The position numbers and the translations under genes are program-made. The notes under the pieces are model-generated. The model was not told the DNA's origin, did not search any database, and saw only the letters and a program-made list of their open reading frames with translations. Positions 1 through 10,470 of a stretch of 64,000 nt of DNA are shown here, one piece after another. Numbering within the stretch: the first letter of the stretch is position 1; each line of letters begins with the position of its first letter. The DNA comes from an uncultured Gammaproteobacteria bacterium (lineage in GTDB: Bacteria; Pseudomonadota; Gammaproteobacteria; UBA9214): positions 1-64,000 of the forward strand of contig CAWHCQ010000021.1 of the NCBI GenBank assembly GCA_963827755.1, written 5' to 3'.

Positions 1-77
1 CTGCGAAACGACTGCTTTACCCCCGAACTCGGAAGTTCCGGGGAAAACAGCGTTAATTCAGCCTATACTCAAATCCC

Positions 78-2688
78 GTGATTACCATGCCCCCGACGAT
101 ACCTGGCCTGGCTACCCTGCCCGTCCTGCCAATCAGTGAGGTACTGCCGAAACTGCAACAATCATTGGCTCAACATCATGAACTCGTGCTCGAGGCTCCA
201 CCCGGCGCGGGTAAAACCACCCTGGTACCACTGGCACTTTTATCTGAATCATGGCTGACCGGCCAACGCATTATTATGCTGGAACCCCGGCGCATGGCAG
301 CCCGCGCTGCCGCCCAACGAATGGCATCACTTTTAAATGAAGAAGCAGGCCAGACTGTCGGCTATCGTATTCGGCAAGAAAGCCGCATTAGCGCGCACAC
401 CCGTATCGAGGTCATCACCGAAGGTATCCTCACACGCATGCTGGTAGATGATCCCTCACTGGAAGGGGTCGCGCTGTTAATTTTTGATGAGTTCCACGAG
501 CGCAGTATGGACGCCGATTTTGGCCTCGCCCTTGCCCTGCAAAGCCGGGAGTTATTTCGCGACGCCAGTAAGCCTTTGCGACTGCTGGTGATGTCGGCCA
601 CCCTGGATGGCGATGCCGTCGCGAGCTTATTAGGCGATGCCCCGCTTATCCGCAGTGCCGGTAAAATGTTCCCGGTCACCGTGCACTATGGCCAGGCCAA
701 ACGCCTGGATGACAACATTGTCGAGCGTGTGCTCAACGCACTACCGGGAATTATCCGTAAGCACAGCGGTAGCCTGCTGGTGTTCCTGCCCGGCCAGGGT
801 GAAATCAATAAAGTCATGCAACATCTTGGCGGTCGACTGTCTCCAGAGGAATTACAGGAGATCGATATTCAACCTCTCTATGGCGCCCTGCCGCTACGCG
901 AGCAACAACGCGCCATTGAATCAATGACGGCTAAACGAAAAGTTGTACTGGCCACCGACATCGCCGAAACCAGCCTCACCATCGAGGGTATTACTGTCGT
1001 GGTTGATGCCGGCCTCTGCCGTGAACCGCGCTTTGATCCCGCCACTGGCATGACCCGCCTGCAGACTCGGCGCATAAGTCAAGGACTCAAGTGTCCAGCG
1101 TATGGGTCGCGCCGGGCGGTTGGCCGCTGGTCATTGCTACCGACTGTGGAGCGAGCAGCAACAGGATCAATTAGCGCAGCATTCAATGCCGCAAATACTG
1201 CAGGCGGATCTCGCCCCGCTGGTATTGCAATTAATTGCCTGGGGCGTTGATGACATTAAGGAATTGCGCTGGCTGGACCCACCACCATCTGGCCCCATGA
1301 GCCAGGCGCTGGACTTGTTGCTGCGACTGGGTGCTATCAAAAGTGAACACCCGGGCCAGTCGTCGCCTACCCTGGGCAGCTGCTCACTCAGCCCCCATGG
1401 AGAATTAATGGCCAGGATGCCTGCCCACCCGCGCCTGGCACATATGTTAATTACCGGCGCCGCCCGGCAACAAAGTAAATACGCCGCCGCGCTTGCGGCT
1501 TTACTGGCAGATCGAAGCCCATTGGCACGCGACCATGGCGCCGATCTGTCCGGTCAGATTGCTGTGCTCCTGGGAGAACAAGCCTGTCACAGCCAATACA
1601 AAGGCTGGCTTAAACGCACGCAGCAGCAGGCAAGAACCTATGAACGATTAGTGCAAACCAGACAGACTGAACAGGGCACAACAGACAATCCGCTAAACCC
1701 GGATAACGCAATCGGCTTCCTGTTAGCCTGCGCCTACCCCGACCGCATTGCCCACCGTAAACCTGACCGCCAGAACCACTACCTGCTAAGCAACGGACGT
1801 ACCGCCACACTCGCTCAAGGCGATGCCCTGGGTAATAGTGAGTGGCTGGCAGTGGCCGAACTTGGCGGCACTCTAAACAGGGACGGCAAAGGGAGTAACG
1901 ACCGGATTTTTTCGGCCTGCGCACTGGATCCTGCACTGTTTGAAAATCAACTCAGTGAATTAATCGAAGAAAAAGACACCCTGCACTGGGACGAACAAAC
2001 CGATCGCTTTAATGCTGAACATATTCGCACTATCGGAAAACTGGTTATCCATCGACAGCGGATTGAAAAGATACCGGTCGAGGCCAGGCGTGATGCACTG
2101 ATTGAACTCCTTAAAAAACGTGGCTTGAACTTACTGCCCTGGAATCCCTCAATCCGCCAATGGCAGTCACGGGTGATGTTATTGAACAAGCTCGGGCCGG
2201 GGCTGTGGCCCGATGTCTCGGACCAATACTTGCTAGGGACTATTGAAACCTGGCTGGCTCCCTTCCTGGATTCCATCAACAAGCTCAGTGACTTCCAGCG
2301 ACTCGACCTGCAAAGCATACTGTCAGGCTTACTACCCTGGCCTTTGCCAAAGCAGTTAGAGGAACTTGCACCCAACACAATGACAGTACCTTCGGGCTCC
2401 AGCATCAAAATCGACTACACACAATCGCCCCCGGTACTTAGTGTCAAGCTACAGGAAATGTTTGGTTGCCTGGATACTCCCACCATCGCCAACGGCAAGA
2501 TCAAACTCATGCTGCACTTGCTCTCCCCCGCCCAACGCCCACTGCAAGTCACCCAGGATTTAGCCGGGTTTTGGAAGAGCAGTTATAGTGAGGTTAAAAA
2601 AGAAATGAAGGGGCGCTATCCCAGGCATCCCTGGCCGGACAGTCCGGAGCAGGCATTGCCGACGAAATATACCAAGCGGCGTTCGTGA
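78..2688 (+). CDS. hrpB: ATP-dependent RNA helicase HrpB, split by one +1 frameshift at ~1083
   Basis: APPGAGKTT, DEFHER, MSAT and ATDIAETSLTI are in ORF 78..1250. Removing one G from aaggac (1081-1086) gives RISQDSSVQRMGRAGR and joins ORF 1102..2688, which ends with the HrpB tail LLSPAQRPLQVTQDL...GRYPRHPWP. Confidence 0.93.
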
Positions 2689-2866
2689 GGAATTTCTGAA
2701 GCCCCACGCACGCCGGGCCCCAGGAAGAAAACACATCGGTGTTGATTTGTGCACTTGTTTGACCCGGATTTGCATTTCTATGTGAACCTCCTCAAATTCC
2801 GAGTTACGTCGTATATTCAGGCAGGTAGAAATAATGAGTGGGTCAGATTTCAGTGTAAATTAACAT

Positions 2867-3352
2867 TCAGGGCTTCCTACCAACCACCAGTTCTTTGGGT
2901 ATCCGGTCTGCGATAGCACCACCCAACTGCTCCAGATCGGCATAGCCCTCCAGGCGTATACCCCGACCATTCCTCAATTTCAGTTGAATGTGCTCAACCC
3001 GTCCTTTCCTGCGATAAAAAGTCAGTGCAACAATTTCTTTAGTGTCCAGCACGGATTTATCGGTTCCGGTAAAAAATGAAACTTCATCGTCGCCAATTTC
3101 AATCCGATGATCTTCGACTAGACGCAGGTAACGGCGATAACGGTAATAATTGACAAGATTGCCAACGACCATCAGGATAATGACGGACCAAAGAACCATG
3201 TTATTGTAGATTTCCGGGTATTGAAGGTGTCCGGCGGTAATAACGGCAACTAATATCAGAGCCAACAGTGCGCCCAGGAAAATGTTTTTCTTGCGGGTTT
3301 GAAGTGACGTTTCACTGATGGAGTAGCGCATAGAATATTTCGGTGGTTTCAT
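2867..3352 (-). CDS. Hypothetical membrane protein with two predicted TM helices and a soluble C-terminal domain
   Basis: Hydrophobic segments IFLGALLALILVAVITAG and MVLWSVIILMVVGNLV; start uncertain. Confidence 0.65.
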   Translation of the reverse strand: MKPPKYSMRYSISETSLQTRKKNIFLGALLALILVAVITAGHLQYPEIYNNMVLWSVIILMVVGNLVNYYRYRRYLRLVEDHRIEIGDDEVSFFTGTDKSVLDTKEIVALTFYRRKGRVEHIQLKLRNGRGIRLEGYADLEQLGGAIADRIPKELVVGRKP

Positions 3353-3949
3353 TAACAAATTGCCTGACACTAATCGAGACGAGTACAGGAAGCATCATAA
3401 CCCACGCATCTCGAGAGTATCCACACAGAAAAGGTTGTACTGAGCACAACCTCACGGCAGCATAATCGATTCTCCTCGCGCCCCGGGTCGGTCCCTGGGT
3501 TGTAGTACGGCTACAAAACGACATTCCCGGTGTTCCCGCAAAGGTCTCAGATGCAGCAACTGTTGTCGTTCCCGCCCTCTAATCTGTACTCACACTTTCG
3601 GAGTACCCATTCAACAGTTCAGTGCTCGCTGAGTTTCCACGGTCAGGGAACGGCAAATCTGTTGCGAAACCGGACATACAGGTATCACCTGGCACATGCA
3701 CCGTCCACTCATGCCCGGGACAAAATTCAATGGGGTGGTTATGGCGAGATGCGGATTTCTGCTGGTCTTTCCCGTTCTTTCTTTGATCCATATCAAGGTT
3801 CTATGGCGCAAATATTCATAGTGTATGAGGCCATAAGCCATCTGCCTGAGATATCAGGAAATAGTGGAACAGTTGCAGCCATTACCATAAATGGCCACAT
3901 GGCAAATGGAAACGTTGATTCAGCCTGTTCAACATGTCCGGAGGGGACC

Positions 3950-4485
3950 ATGGAAACAAAAGTTACACGCGAAAGACTGATTACCTTTCTTCTTGAAACT
4001 CCGATGTTCGAGAAGCTCGATCCATCGGAAATCATGGAAATCATTCATATTGTTGAAGATAGAGCAGTATCAGGCAGGAGATATTGTATTCAGTGAGGGT
4101 GATCCGGGTGACGCCTGGTTTGTGTTGTACAGGGGTGCAGTAGATGTCCTCAAGCATGGAGCAACGGGCGAGAAAAAGATAACCGAGCTTGGGCCGCAGG
4201 CCTGCTTTGGCGAGATATCGATCCTGGATGGCTTCGCCACGTTCTGCAACGATCCGGGTCACCGAAGATTCCGTTGTGTTTCGCGTGCCGCGCGATGCCT
4301 TTACTGAGCTGATCGCAAGTGATCACCTGGTGGCCTATAAGCTCCTCCACCATATGGCGATCCTGCTCGCGGAACGGCAACGCAACACGACCTTGAGGCT
4401 GTCGGAACTCCTGAACGCAACCGAGATCACGGAAGTCCATAATGGAATCATGAGCATTGTCGGCGAATCATCGGTCAGGGAGTAG
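3950..4485 (+). CDS. Stand-alone cyclic-nucleotide-binding domain protein with two +1 frameshifts (~4058, ~4233)
   Basis: RBS gagggg precedes ATG 3950. The rejoined sequence reads METKVTRERL...VEIEQYQAGDIVFSEGDPGDAWFVLYRGAVDV...CFGEISILDGSPRSATIR, a canonical phosphate-binding cassette (FGE...RSAT). No HTH follows. Confidence 0.85.
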
Positions 4486-4712
4486 TCGTCCGCACACGGA
4501 CAAACAGGGCTGGAAATCTGCCGATCTGCAAGTATCTTCGACCGGCTCTGGTCATTCCTGGGGCAAGTAGCCGGATTTAAAACTAAACGGCAACTCATGA
4601 CCTGAGCGATATTTGCATTACAACTGGTAGCGAGTGTCACTCTCCTTCATTATGAATCGACTTTCGCAGGGTTTTGTCCAACAACTGCATGAATTCATAC
4701 AGGGGTTTATCT

Positions 4713-4944
4713 ATGACAATACGCCGCACACTTGAGTCTGCGTTCACCTGGCTAATGTTGTTTGCTTGTTCCGGTGCAGTCACAAGCGAGCCAGCTGACA
4801 GCAATTGTTGCGACTGGATCATATGCATATGGCCCGGCCGAACGCCAGCACGATGCTTACTGCGTCAAGGGAGATGATTGGATTTTGTTTATCGCATTCG
4901 AGGCTCCGCTTGACGCGTATCCGATAGCCACTCGAGAAGAATAG
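4713..4944 (+). pseudogene. Remnant of a secreted cupin-fold (DUF4437-like) gene
   Basis: A signal-peptide-like start (MTIRRTLESAFTWLMLFACSGA) is followed, in another frame, by GSYAYGPAERQHDAYCVKGDDWILFIAFEAPLDA, which resembles cupin motif 2 (Y-x-PA-x3-H). Motif 1 is missing. Confidence 0.4.
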
Positions 4945-5152
4945 TTTTCTGGTTTCCGAAAGATAACTATCTGGATCGAACAGACTGTGAAGTCCGCTTA
5001 TGGCAGATATCGGTCATACACTTATAATGAGCTCAGGCTATCAAGTATGTATAAGTCAGACCCTATTTATTACAAATCAGTAAAGCAGGTATAGCGACAA
5101 TGAAGTATTTAATTATTGTGTTTTTTATTCTTGAGAGCCGTACCTCATATAT

Positions 5153-5680
5153 ATGAACAAAATTGTTATTATTTATTCAACTACTGACGGGCATACCAGA
5201 GATATTTGTTATCGTCTGCTTAAAATAATTGAAGAAAATAACAATGTAGTAACATTGATCCCCATTGAGGATGCAAACAAATTAGATCTGAATGCATTTG
5301 ACAAAATAGTCATTGGAGCCAGTATTCGCTATGGAAAGCACAGTGCTGAAGTTTATGAATTTATTAAAATAAACGAGCTGATTCTGGATAAAAAGCCCAA
5401 TGCATTTTTCTCGGTCAACGTTGTTGCACGCAAGCCAGATAAAAACAAACCTGAGACGAATCCGTATTTGAAAAAGTTCCTGTCGCAAATATCATGGAAG
5501 CCAAAGGAGTTGGCCGTCTTTGCAGGAAAAATTGACTACCAAAAATACAAAATTTGGGATCGTTTAATGATAAGAATGATTATGTGGATTACCAAAGGTC
5601 CAACTGATCCAAAAACAAATATTGAATTCACAGACTGGGACCAGGTAAATAATTTCGGGAAACTAATCAGTAAAATGTAA
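5153..5680 (+). CDS. hemG: Menaquinone-dependent protoporphyrinogen IX dehydrogenase (flavodoxin-like)
   Basis: YSTTDGHT, IGASIRYG, FFSVNVVARKPDK..PETNPY, FAGKIDY and MWITKGPTD...EFTDW. Strongly AT-rich (about one third GC in lines counted by hand). Confidence 0.92.
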   Translation: MNKIVIIYSTTDGHTRDICYRLLKIIEENNNVVTLIPIEDANKLDLNAFDKIVIGASIRYGKHSAEVYEFIKINELILDKKPNAFFSVNVVARKPDKNKPETNPYLKKFLSQISWKPKELAVFAGKIDYQKYKIWDRLMIRMIMWITKGPTDPKTNIEFTDWDQVNNFGKLISKM

Positions 5681-5700
5681 CTACAGTTAAATTAAAAACA

Positions 5701-5775
5701 CATTACAAGGCGCTGCACCGGATGGCAATTCCGTTCGCTCCACTGCCTCCGGCCGAAAGTATGCGCTTACCGTTT
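5701..5775 (+). mobile_element. Degenerate integron attC-like site
   Basis: catTACAAGGCGCtgcaCCGGATGGCA...TGCC-TCCGG...GCGCTTaccGTT forms an imperfect hairpin with an unpaired base, 20 nt after the hemG stop. The left core reads TAC rather than AAC. Confidence 0.42.
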
Positions 5776-5984
5776 CCGTCAGCAACAAGGATTCAAGAAA
5801 CAGGAAACAGCAAGTGTCTGGTCCAAACAGGACGCTTGCTGAAGGATAATGGACTGAGGATGGTCAGTTGGCGGTACGTACAGGGATTCAGCCGTGGGCA
5901 GATGCGCGCGACGTTTGTGTTCCGGCTGGATTGTCTTAAATGCGTGCGTTATGCTTCCTGTATGCACGGAGGCATTAATGTAGC

Positions 5985-6009
5985 GCAGGAGCACCTTGCA
6001 GGCGCGATA
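5985..6009 (+). repeat. REP-like palindrome (CAGGAGC...GCGA family)
   Basis: caggagcaccttgcaggcgcgat is nearly identical to caggagcgccttgcaggcgcgat at ~48590. Confidence 0.55.
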
Positions 6010-6112
6010 CAGGTGTATGAGTAACGAATATTAATAGTATCAGCGCACATGCGCACCTGCTCATACCAGAGTTAAATATACGCTAATACTCTTGAGCGGA
6101 AGCGGGGGTCCC

Positions 6113-7240
6113 ATGTTCCGAATCCTCTATTGTCTGCTGCTGACCCTGTGTCTCGCTATCAGCGCCTCGGCCGCAGGGCCCGATGCGGCAACGACGCAGT
6201 TGCTGAAAGACATGGGCCTTCGCGAGGCCAGTGCACCGATCAGCACGGCCAGCGAGTGGCAAAAACCCGGACGCATCGTGGTGACCATGCTTGAACGGCA
6301 GAAGACATCCAGGCCCGATGCGATTGCGTGGCTGAAACAGGTGGCAGGCGATGCCGAGATCGTGGTCGCAAGCTCGCGCGAAGTGCCGGCGGCATTGCTC
6401 GAAGGCGCCGACGTGCTGCTTGGCTATTGCACCCACGAGAATCTCAAAAACGGCAAGGCGCTGCGTTATATCCTCAACTATTCCGCAGGGGTCGACAAGT
6501 GCGCAAGCTCCCCCCTGGCGCAGACGCGCGAGATCCTGGTGACCAATATGCAGCGCATTTACGGACCCGGCATCGCCGAGCACGTCATCGGCATGATGTA
6601 CTCACTGACACGCAAGCTGTATCTGTTCCGTGATCAGCAGCGGGCGCAGTACTGGGACCGTACGACGGTCGAGCGCACCTCGATGCAGGAAGTTCAGGGC
6701 CGCACCATGCTGGTGGTGGGCCTGGGCGGCATCGGCACCGAGATTGCCCGCCGCGCTCACGGCCTCGGTATGCGCGTGGTTGCAACGCGCAACTCTTCGC
6801 GCGAGGGCCCGGTGTTTGTCGACCATGTCGGGCTGCCCGATGAACTGCACACACTCGCCGCGCAAGCGGACGTGGTAGTCAACGCCACCCCGCTTACACT
6901 CGAGACCACGGGCCTGTTCGATCAACGCTTCTTTGGCACCATGAAACCGGGCGCCTATTTCATCAACGTCGGTCGCGGCAAGAGTGTCGTCACCGCGGAC
7001 CTCATCGAGGCCCTGAACACTGAACACCTTGGCGGCGCAGCACTGGACGTAACCGATCCCGAACCGCTGCCGCCGGATCACCCGCTGTGGAAAGCGAAGA
7101 ACATCATCATCACTCCGCACATCAGTGCCAGTTCCGATGAACAGATGGGGCGCTACTGGCTGGTGGTGCGCGAGAACCTGCGCCGCTACGTTAATGGCGA
7201 GCGCATGCTGAGCGTGGTGGATTTGAAGCGTGGCTATTGA
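6113..7240 (+). CDS. D-isomer-specific 2-hydroxyacid dehydrogenase with an N-terminal signal peptide
   Basis: GLGGIG Rossmann motif; catalytic R (NVGRG), E (DPEP) and H (TPHIS); N-terminus MFRILYCLLLTLCLAISASA. Confidence 0.9.
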   Translation: MFRILYCLLLTLCLAISASAAGPDAATTQLLKDMGLREASAPISTASEWQKPGRIVVTMLERQKTSRPDAIAWLKQVAGDAEIVVASSREVPAALLEGADVLLGYCTHENLKNGKALRYILNYSAGVDKCASSPLAQTREILVTNMQRIYGPGIAEHVIGMMYSLTRKLYLFRDQQRAQYWDRTTVERTSMQEVQGRTMLVVGLGGIGTEIARRAHGLGMRVVATRNSSREGPVFVDHVGLPDELHTLAAQADVVVNATPLTLETTGLFDQRFFGTMKPGAYFINVGRGKSVVTADLIEALNTEHLGGAALDVTDPEPLPPDHPLWKAKNIIITPHISASSDEQMGRYWLVVRENLRRYVNGERMLSVVDLKRGY

Positions 7241-7292
7241 TAACGGCTAAATGTTCTGGCAGGTTACGTCTTAGTGACAGAGTCTTTTTTCT

Positions 7293-7317
7293 GCAGGAGC
7301 GAGCGATAGCTCGCGAA
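7293..7317 (+). repeat. REP-like palindrome
   Basis: gcaggagcgagcgatagctcgcgaa between convergent genes; matches the GTAGGAGCGAGC..GCTCGCGAA REP pattern. Confidence 0.6.
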
Positions 7318-7362
7318 ACTTTCTGCAACCCATAAACCCTTCGCCAGATGCCGGCAGGTGGT

Positions 7363-8178
7363 TCAGTCGGCATCATGGAAAATTCCGTAGTGGTAGGCGC
7401 CCTCAATGACACCGCTGGTATAGAAACCGTTCAGGCCCTTGAAGCCGCCTTTCGCAAAGTAAATGTCAAGTTCAGGGTGCGCATCAGCCTCCTGCTTGAC
7501 ACTGGTGACGAGCTGGTCGTCTGCATTTCGCACGAGTACGCCGGAAAAGCCCGCCGTGAGCGGAAAGATATCGTTACCGCTATCGCCACAGAAAACGACG
7601 TCTGATTTTTTGGCGCCAAGTTCGTCGGCGATGTATTCGAGCGCGGTCTGTTTGGTTGCACTTTGCGGGAGCAAGTCGAGCAGGCCCTTGCCGGATTGGG
7701 AGTCGAAGCTGTAAACAATGACCTCGTCGAACTTGCCTTTGACCAGTTCATCGACTGCCTTCAGAACGGCCTCGTTCCTGTCATGGTCAACGTAGTAGCT
7801 TTGCTTGAACGGGCCGCAATGCTCTCTCTCCTGCTCGGTCAGTCCATCCACCCCGGCTACGGCACTACGTACCGCGTCCGCGTCCCACCCGGGACTGGTC
7901 TGCCTCACATGGGTATCCCAGCCGCCATGGGACTTCCAGCCATCTTGCCCGTACTTCCGTATCGAGGTGCCGACGTCGCCGATGAGTACATGGGGATAAC
8001 GGATGCCGAACTCCCTGATTGCATTCTCGGTCAGGTCAAGATTCCTTCCGGTCACGTAGACGACCAGCACGTCATGTCTTTGCGTGAGTTCATTGAAGAG
8101 GTCAATGGCGCCGGGATCCGGTGGCCAGCTACCGTTCGGGAGTAATGTCCGGTCCAGGTCAGTCGCAAGGATTCTCAT
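7363..8178 (-). CDS. HAD-IIB hydrolase, sucrose-phosphate phosphatase (S6PP)-like
   Basis: ATDLDRTLL, YVTGR, DVGTSI, FKQSYY, LLDLLPQSATK and CGDSGND; RBS GGAG before ATG 8178. Confidence 0.88.
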   Translation of the reverse strand: MRILATDLDRTLLPNGSWPPDPGAIDLFNELTQRHDVLVVYVTGRNLDLTENAIREFGIRYPHVLIGDVGTSIRKYGQDGWKSHGGWDTHVRQTSPGWDADAVRSAVAGVDGLTEQEREHCGPFKQSYYVDHDRNEAVLKAVDELVKGKFDEVIVYSFDSQSGKGLLDLLPQSATKQTALEYIADELGAKKSDVVFCGDSGNDIFPLTAGFSGVLVRNADDQLVTSVKQEADAHPELDIYFAKGGFKGLNGFYTSGVIEGAYHYGIFHDAD

Positions 8179-8210
8179 TTTCGCGCTCCATAGCAATTAT
8201 TGTCGGAATT

Positions 8211-9993
8211 TTACCGGGATTGACCGCCAGGGTCCTGAGACTTGAAGGACATCAAAACTTCTTCATCCGTACCGTCGCCATGGTATACCGTGAAACTGAG
8301 CGTGCGCAGATTGGCCTTCAGGGTTGCGGTTGCTTCGCGGATGCTGCCAGGTGATGTGCAACCGATGGGGCTCGGTCTCGATAATCTCCATATTGCCCTC
8401 GAACGCCGGTGAGCTGTTACGCAGACGGATCAGCTCGATCTGGTCCAGCACGATGGGGCGTTTTAGCCCGGACTCGATGTCAATTGTTGTTAAAGTAGTG
8501 CGGTTAATCTCCTTGTGTCCCGCGGTAGACTCCCGTTCCGCCGCTGCGTAGTCATTTGTGCCGGCAAACAGATCCAGGTACCACACCTGCGGAACACCAG
8601 GCATGAACATCTGGATGGCACGGGCCAGGCGCAGCTTGCGCTCATCTTCCCCCAGGGCGCTGAAGAAAGTCGCGTTGATCTGGTAGTAGTCGATCTTCTT
8701 GCCGTCAGCGTCGTACAGGTTCTTGGTCAGCCCCCCCCTGTCCATAATGCGCTCGATGGTGGCGTCGATATGTTCGTCGCTCAGCAGGCCCCGACGGTAG
8801 GTACCGTTCACCTGCTTGCCGCGCAGGTCGAGCACCGGGATGCCGTCATGACATCCGAGCATGTTAATCGTCTGCAGCCCCTTCGCCTGGATATCCTTTA
8901 TCCATCGCAACAGGGCCTTGTTACGCCCCCGCTCCAGTGCGTCTATTACGAGTCCGGGAAAGAAGAAATCGTATATGGGGTAGCCTTCCTGTGCTATTTC
9001 CTCGTGGATACCCGCACCGTATTCAGCATGTATTTCGGGGAAGATGGTCAGGTCATATTTTTGCGCAATGCCCTGCAACCGCTGCAGATAGTCCCAGGTG
9101 CCGGGCCGGTTGAAGAAATTCGGCTGACCTGGCTCCTTGTGCAAGTACGCGAAAGCGTCGAGGCGGATAATCCTGGCCCCGTATTCGCTGAGTTTACGCA
9201 GTACCTCGTCGTAGAATTCCCAGACCAGTTCGGAACGGGCGTTGAGATCCATCTGCCCCAGGTACTCACTCTTACTACAGACAGCCGATATAATTTCGTG
9301 CTTGGGGTGGGGGAGGTGCTCCAGGTCCGCGGTTTCCAGATATCCCTTGTCCTGAATGACGATCTTGACGTGGTCCGCGATGGCTTGTGCTTCTTTCGAA
9401 TCGATCCCTTCTATGTGGGCAAGGTCCCGGGCCGTTATCTCATCGAACTCCACTTTCTGGTAGAAGGTGTTCCAGTACTTCTTGAGGGTGCCATCCGGAA
9501 AGCGCACCCTCAGTACCGGCAGGCCGGGCTTTCTCATGAAGAGCTTTTCCAGATGCTCTTTGTCCGGTATGACCTGTCCCTCCGATCCGACGGTACCATA
9601 TCCATGCCAGAACTCGTCCCAGTCGATGAAGAAGTCCCGGTAGGCCGAATCCTTACCGTTTTTCAACAGGTCCTGGAACTGCGGCGAGCGTACGGACAGA
9701 TGATTAAGCACCAGGTCGAGCTTGACCTGGATACCAAGCTTGTTGAGCTCATCCAGGTCCAGGGGACTTACCAGCTCCTCGTTGATGTCGTAATTGATGA
9801 TGGAAAAGCCGCGATCCAGATCGCTGTTGAAAAAGGTTGGAAGGATATAGAACAGCGAAAAGGCATCCTTGAGCTCGGGCCTTTGGAGTAATTCCACCGC
9901 ATCTGCCAGCCTTTTACCAATACTATCAGGGTAGGCGTTCAGCATTACCCCTCTGGGCAAAGTTTGTGCATTGGACTCCGGGTCGTTATTCAT
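8211..9993 (-). CDS. GH13_18 glycoside phosphorylase (sucrose/sucrose-6F-phosphate phosphorylase family), with a +1 frameshift at ~8337 near the C-terminus
   Basis: MLNAYPDS, DRGFS, LDLVLNHLS, RLDAFAY (nucleophile), FPEIH (acid/base), GCHDGIP, KIDYYQINATFFSAL and PGVPQVWY. Removing one base gives the tail HPEATATLKANLRTLSFTVYH, ending at TAA 8211. Confidence 0.9.
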
Positions 9994-10209
9994 GGTGTAT
10001 CCTGGTTTGTTAATAGTCGTCAAACCGCACCAGCTTGCGCACGGCAAACCCGGTACTGACCTGGCGCTCCCTGAGTTCGGCATCCATGTCGAAACGCGCG
10101 GCTGCAAGTGCCAGCGTCGCTTTGCAGCAGGCTTTTCCAGCCGGCTGTTGGAGACCGGCTCCTTATCTCATTAGCGGCCATGCCTTTCGCATATTTAGGG
10201 CAGCTGGCG

Positions 10210-10470
10210 GTCAGGATATCATCCTCGAGGAAGAGGATGGACTCAAAGCTGCCCGGGTCACCCTGGCGGGCGCAACGCCGTCAAAGCTGGCGGTCGATGC
10301 GGCGCGATTCATTGCGCTACACGGCGATCACGTGCAGGCCACCCGGTGCCTCGACGCCGGGACCGAGGGGTATGTCGGTGCCGCGTCCGGCCATGTTGGT
10401 GGCAACGGTGATGCTGCCCCGTTTGCCGGCGTTACTGATCAGTTCGGCCTCTTCCTTGTTCAGGATGGCC
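10210..10470 (-). pseudogene. SecA-like translocase fragment (NBD2 motifs) with two in-frame stops
   Basis: The minus strand reads [81 protein letters not shown]. Confidence 0.88.

Noticed and set aside
1075-1100. Programmed ribosomal frameshifting in hrpB, katG or the EAL gene
   Set aside because: No slippery heptamer or shared signal; the sites fall inside conserved domains and fit single-base insertion errors.
3530-3949. Long N-terminal extension of ORF 3530..4096
   Set aside because: No domain signal; a good RBS and ATG at 3950 mark the real start.
8515-9891. 458-aa plus-strand ORF, and similar long antisense ORFs (22414-23442, 30714-31778, 31930-32934, 38972-39985, 53032-54354, 55054-56031)
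   Set aside because: They lie exactly opposite well-supported genes and have no motifs; they are codon-bias shadow frames of GC-rich DNA.
10010-10130. Minus-strand frame KATLALAAARFDMDAELRERQVSTGFAVRKLVRFDDY* upstream of the phosphorylase
   Set aside because: It looks like a possible C-terminal gene relic, but I cannot assign it to any family without a search.
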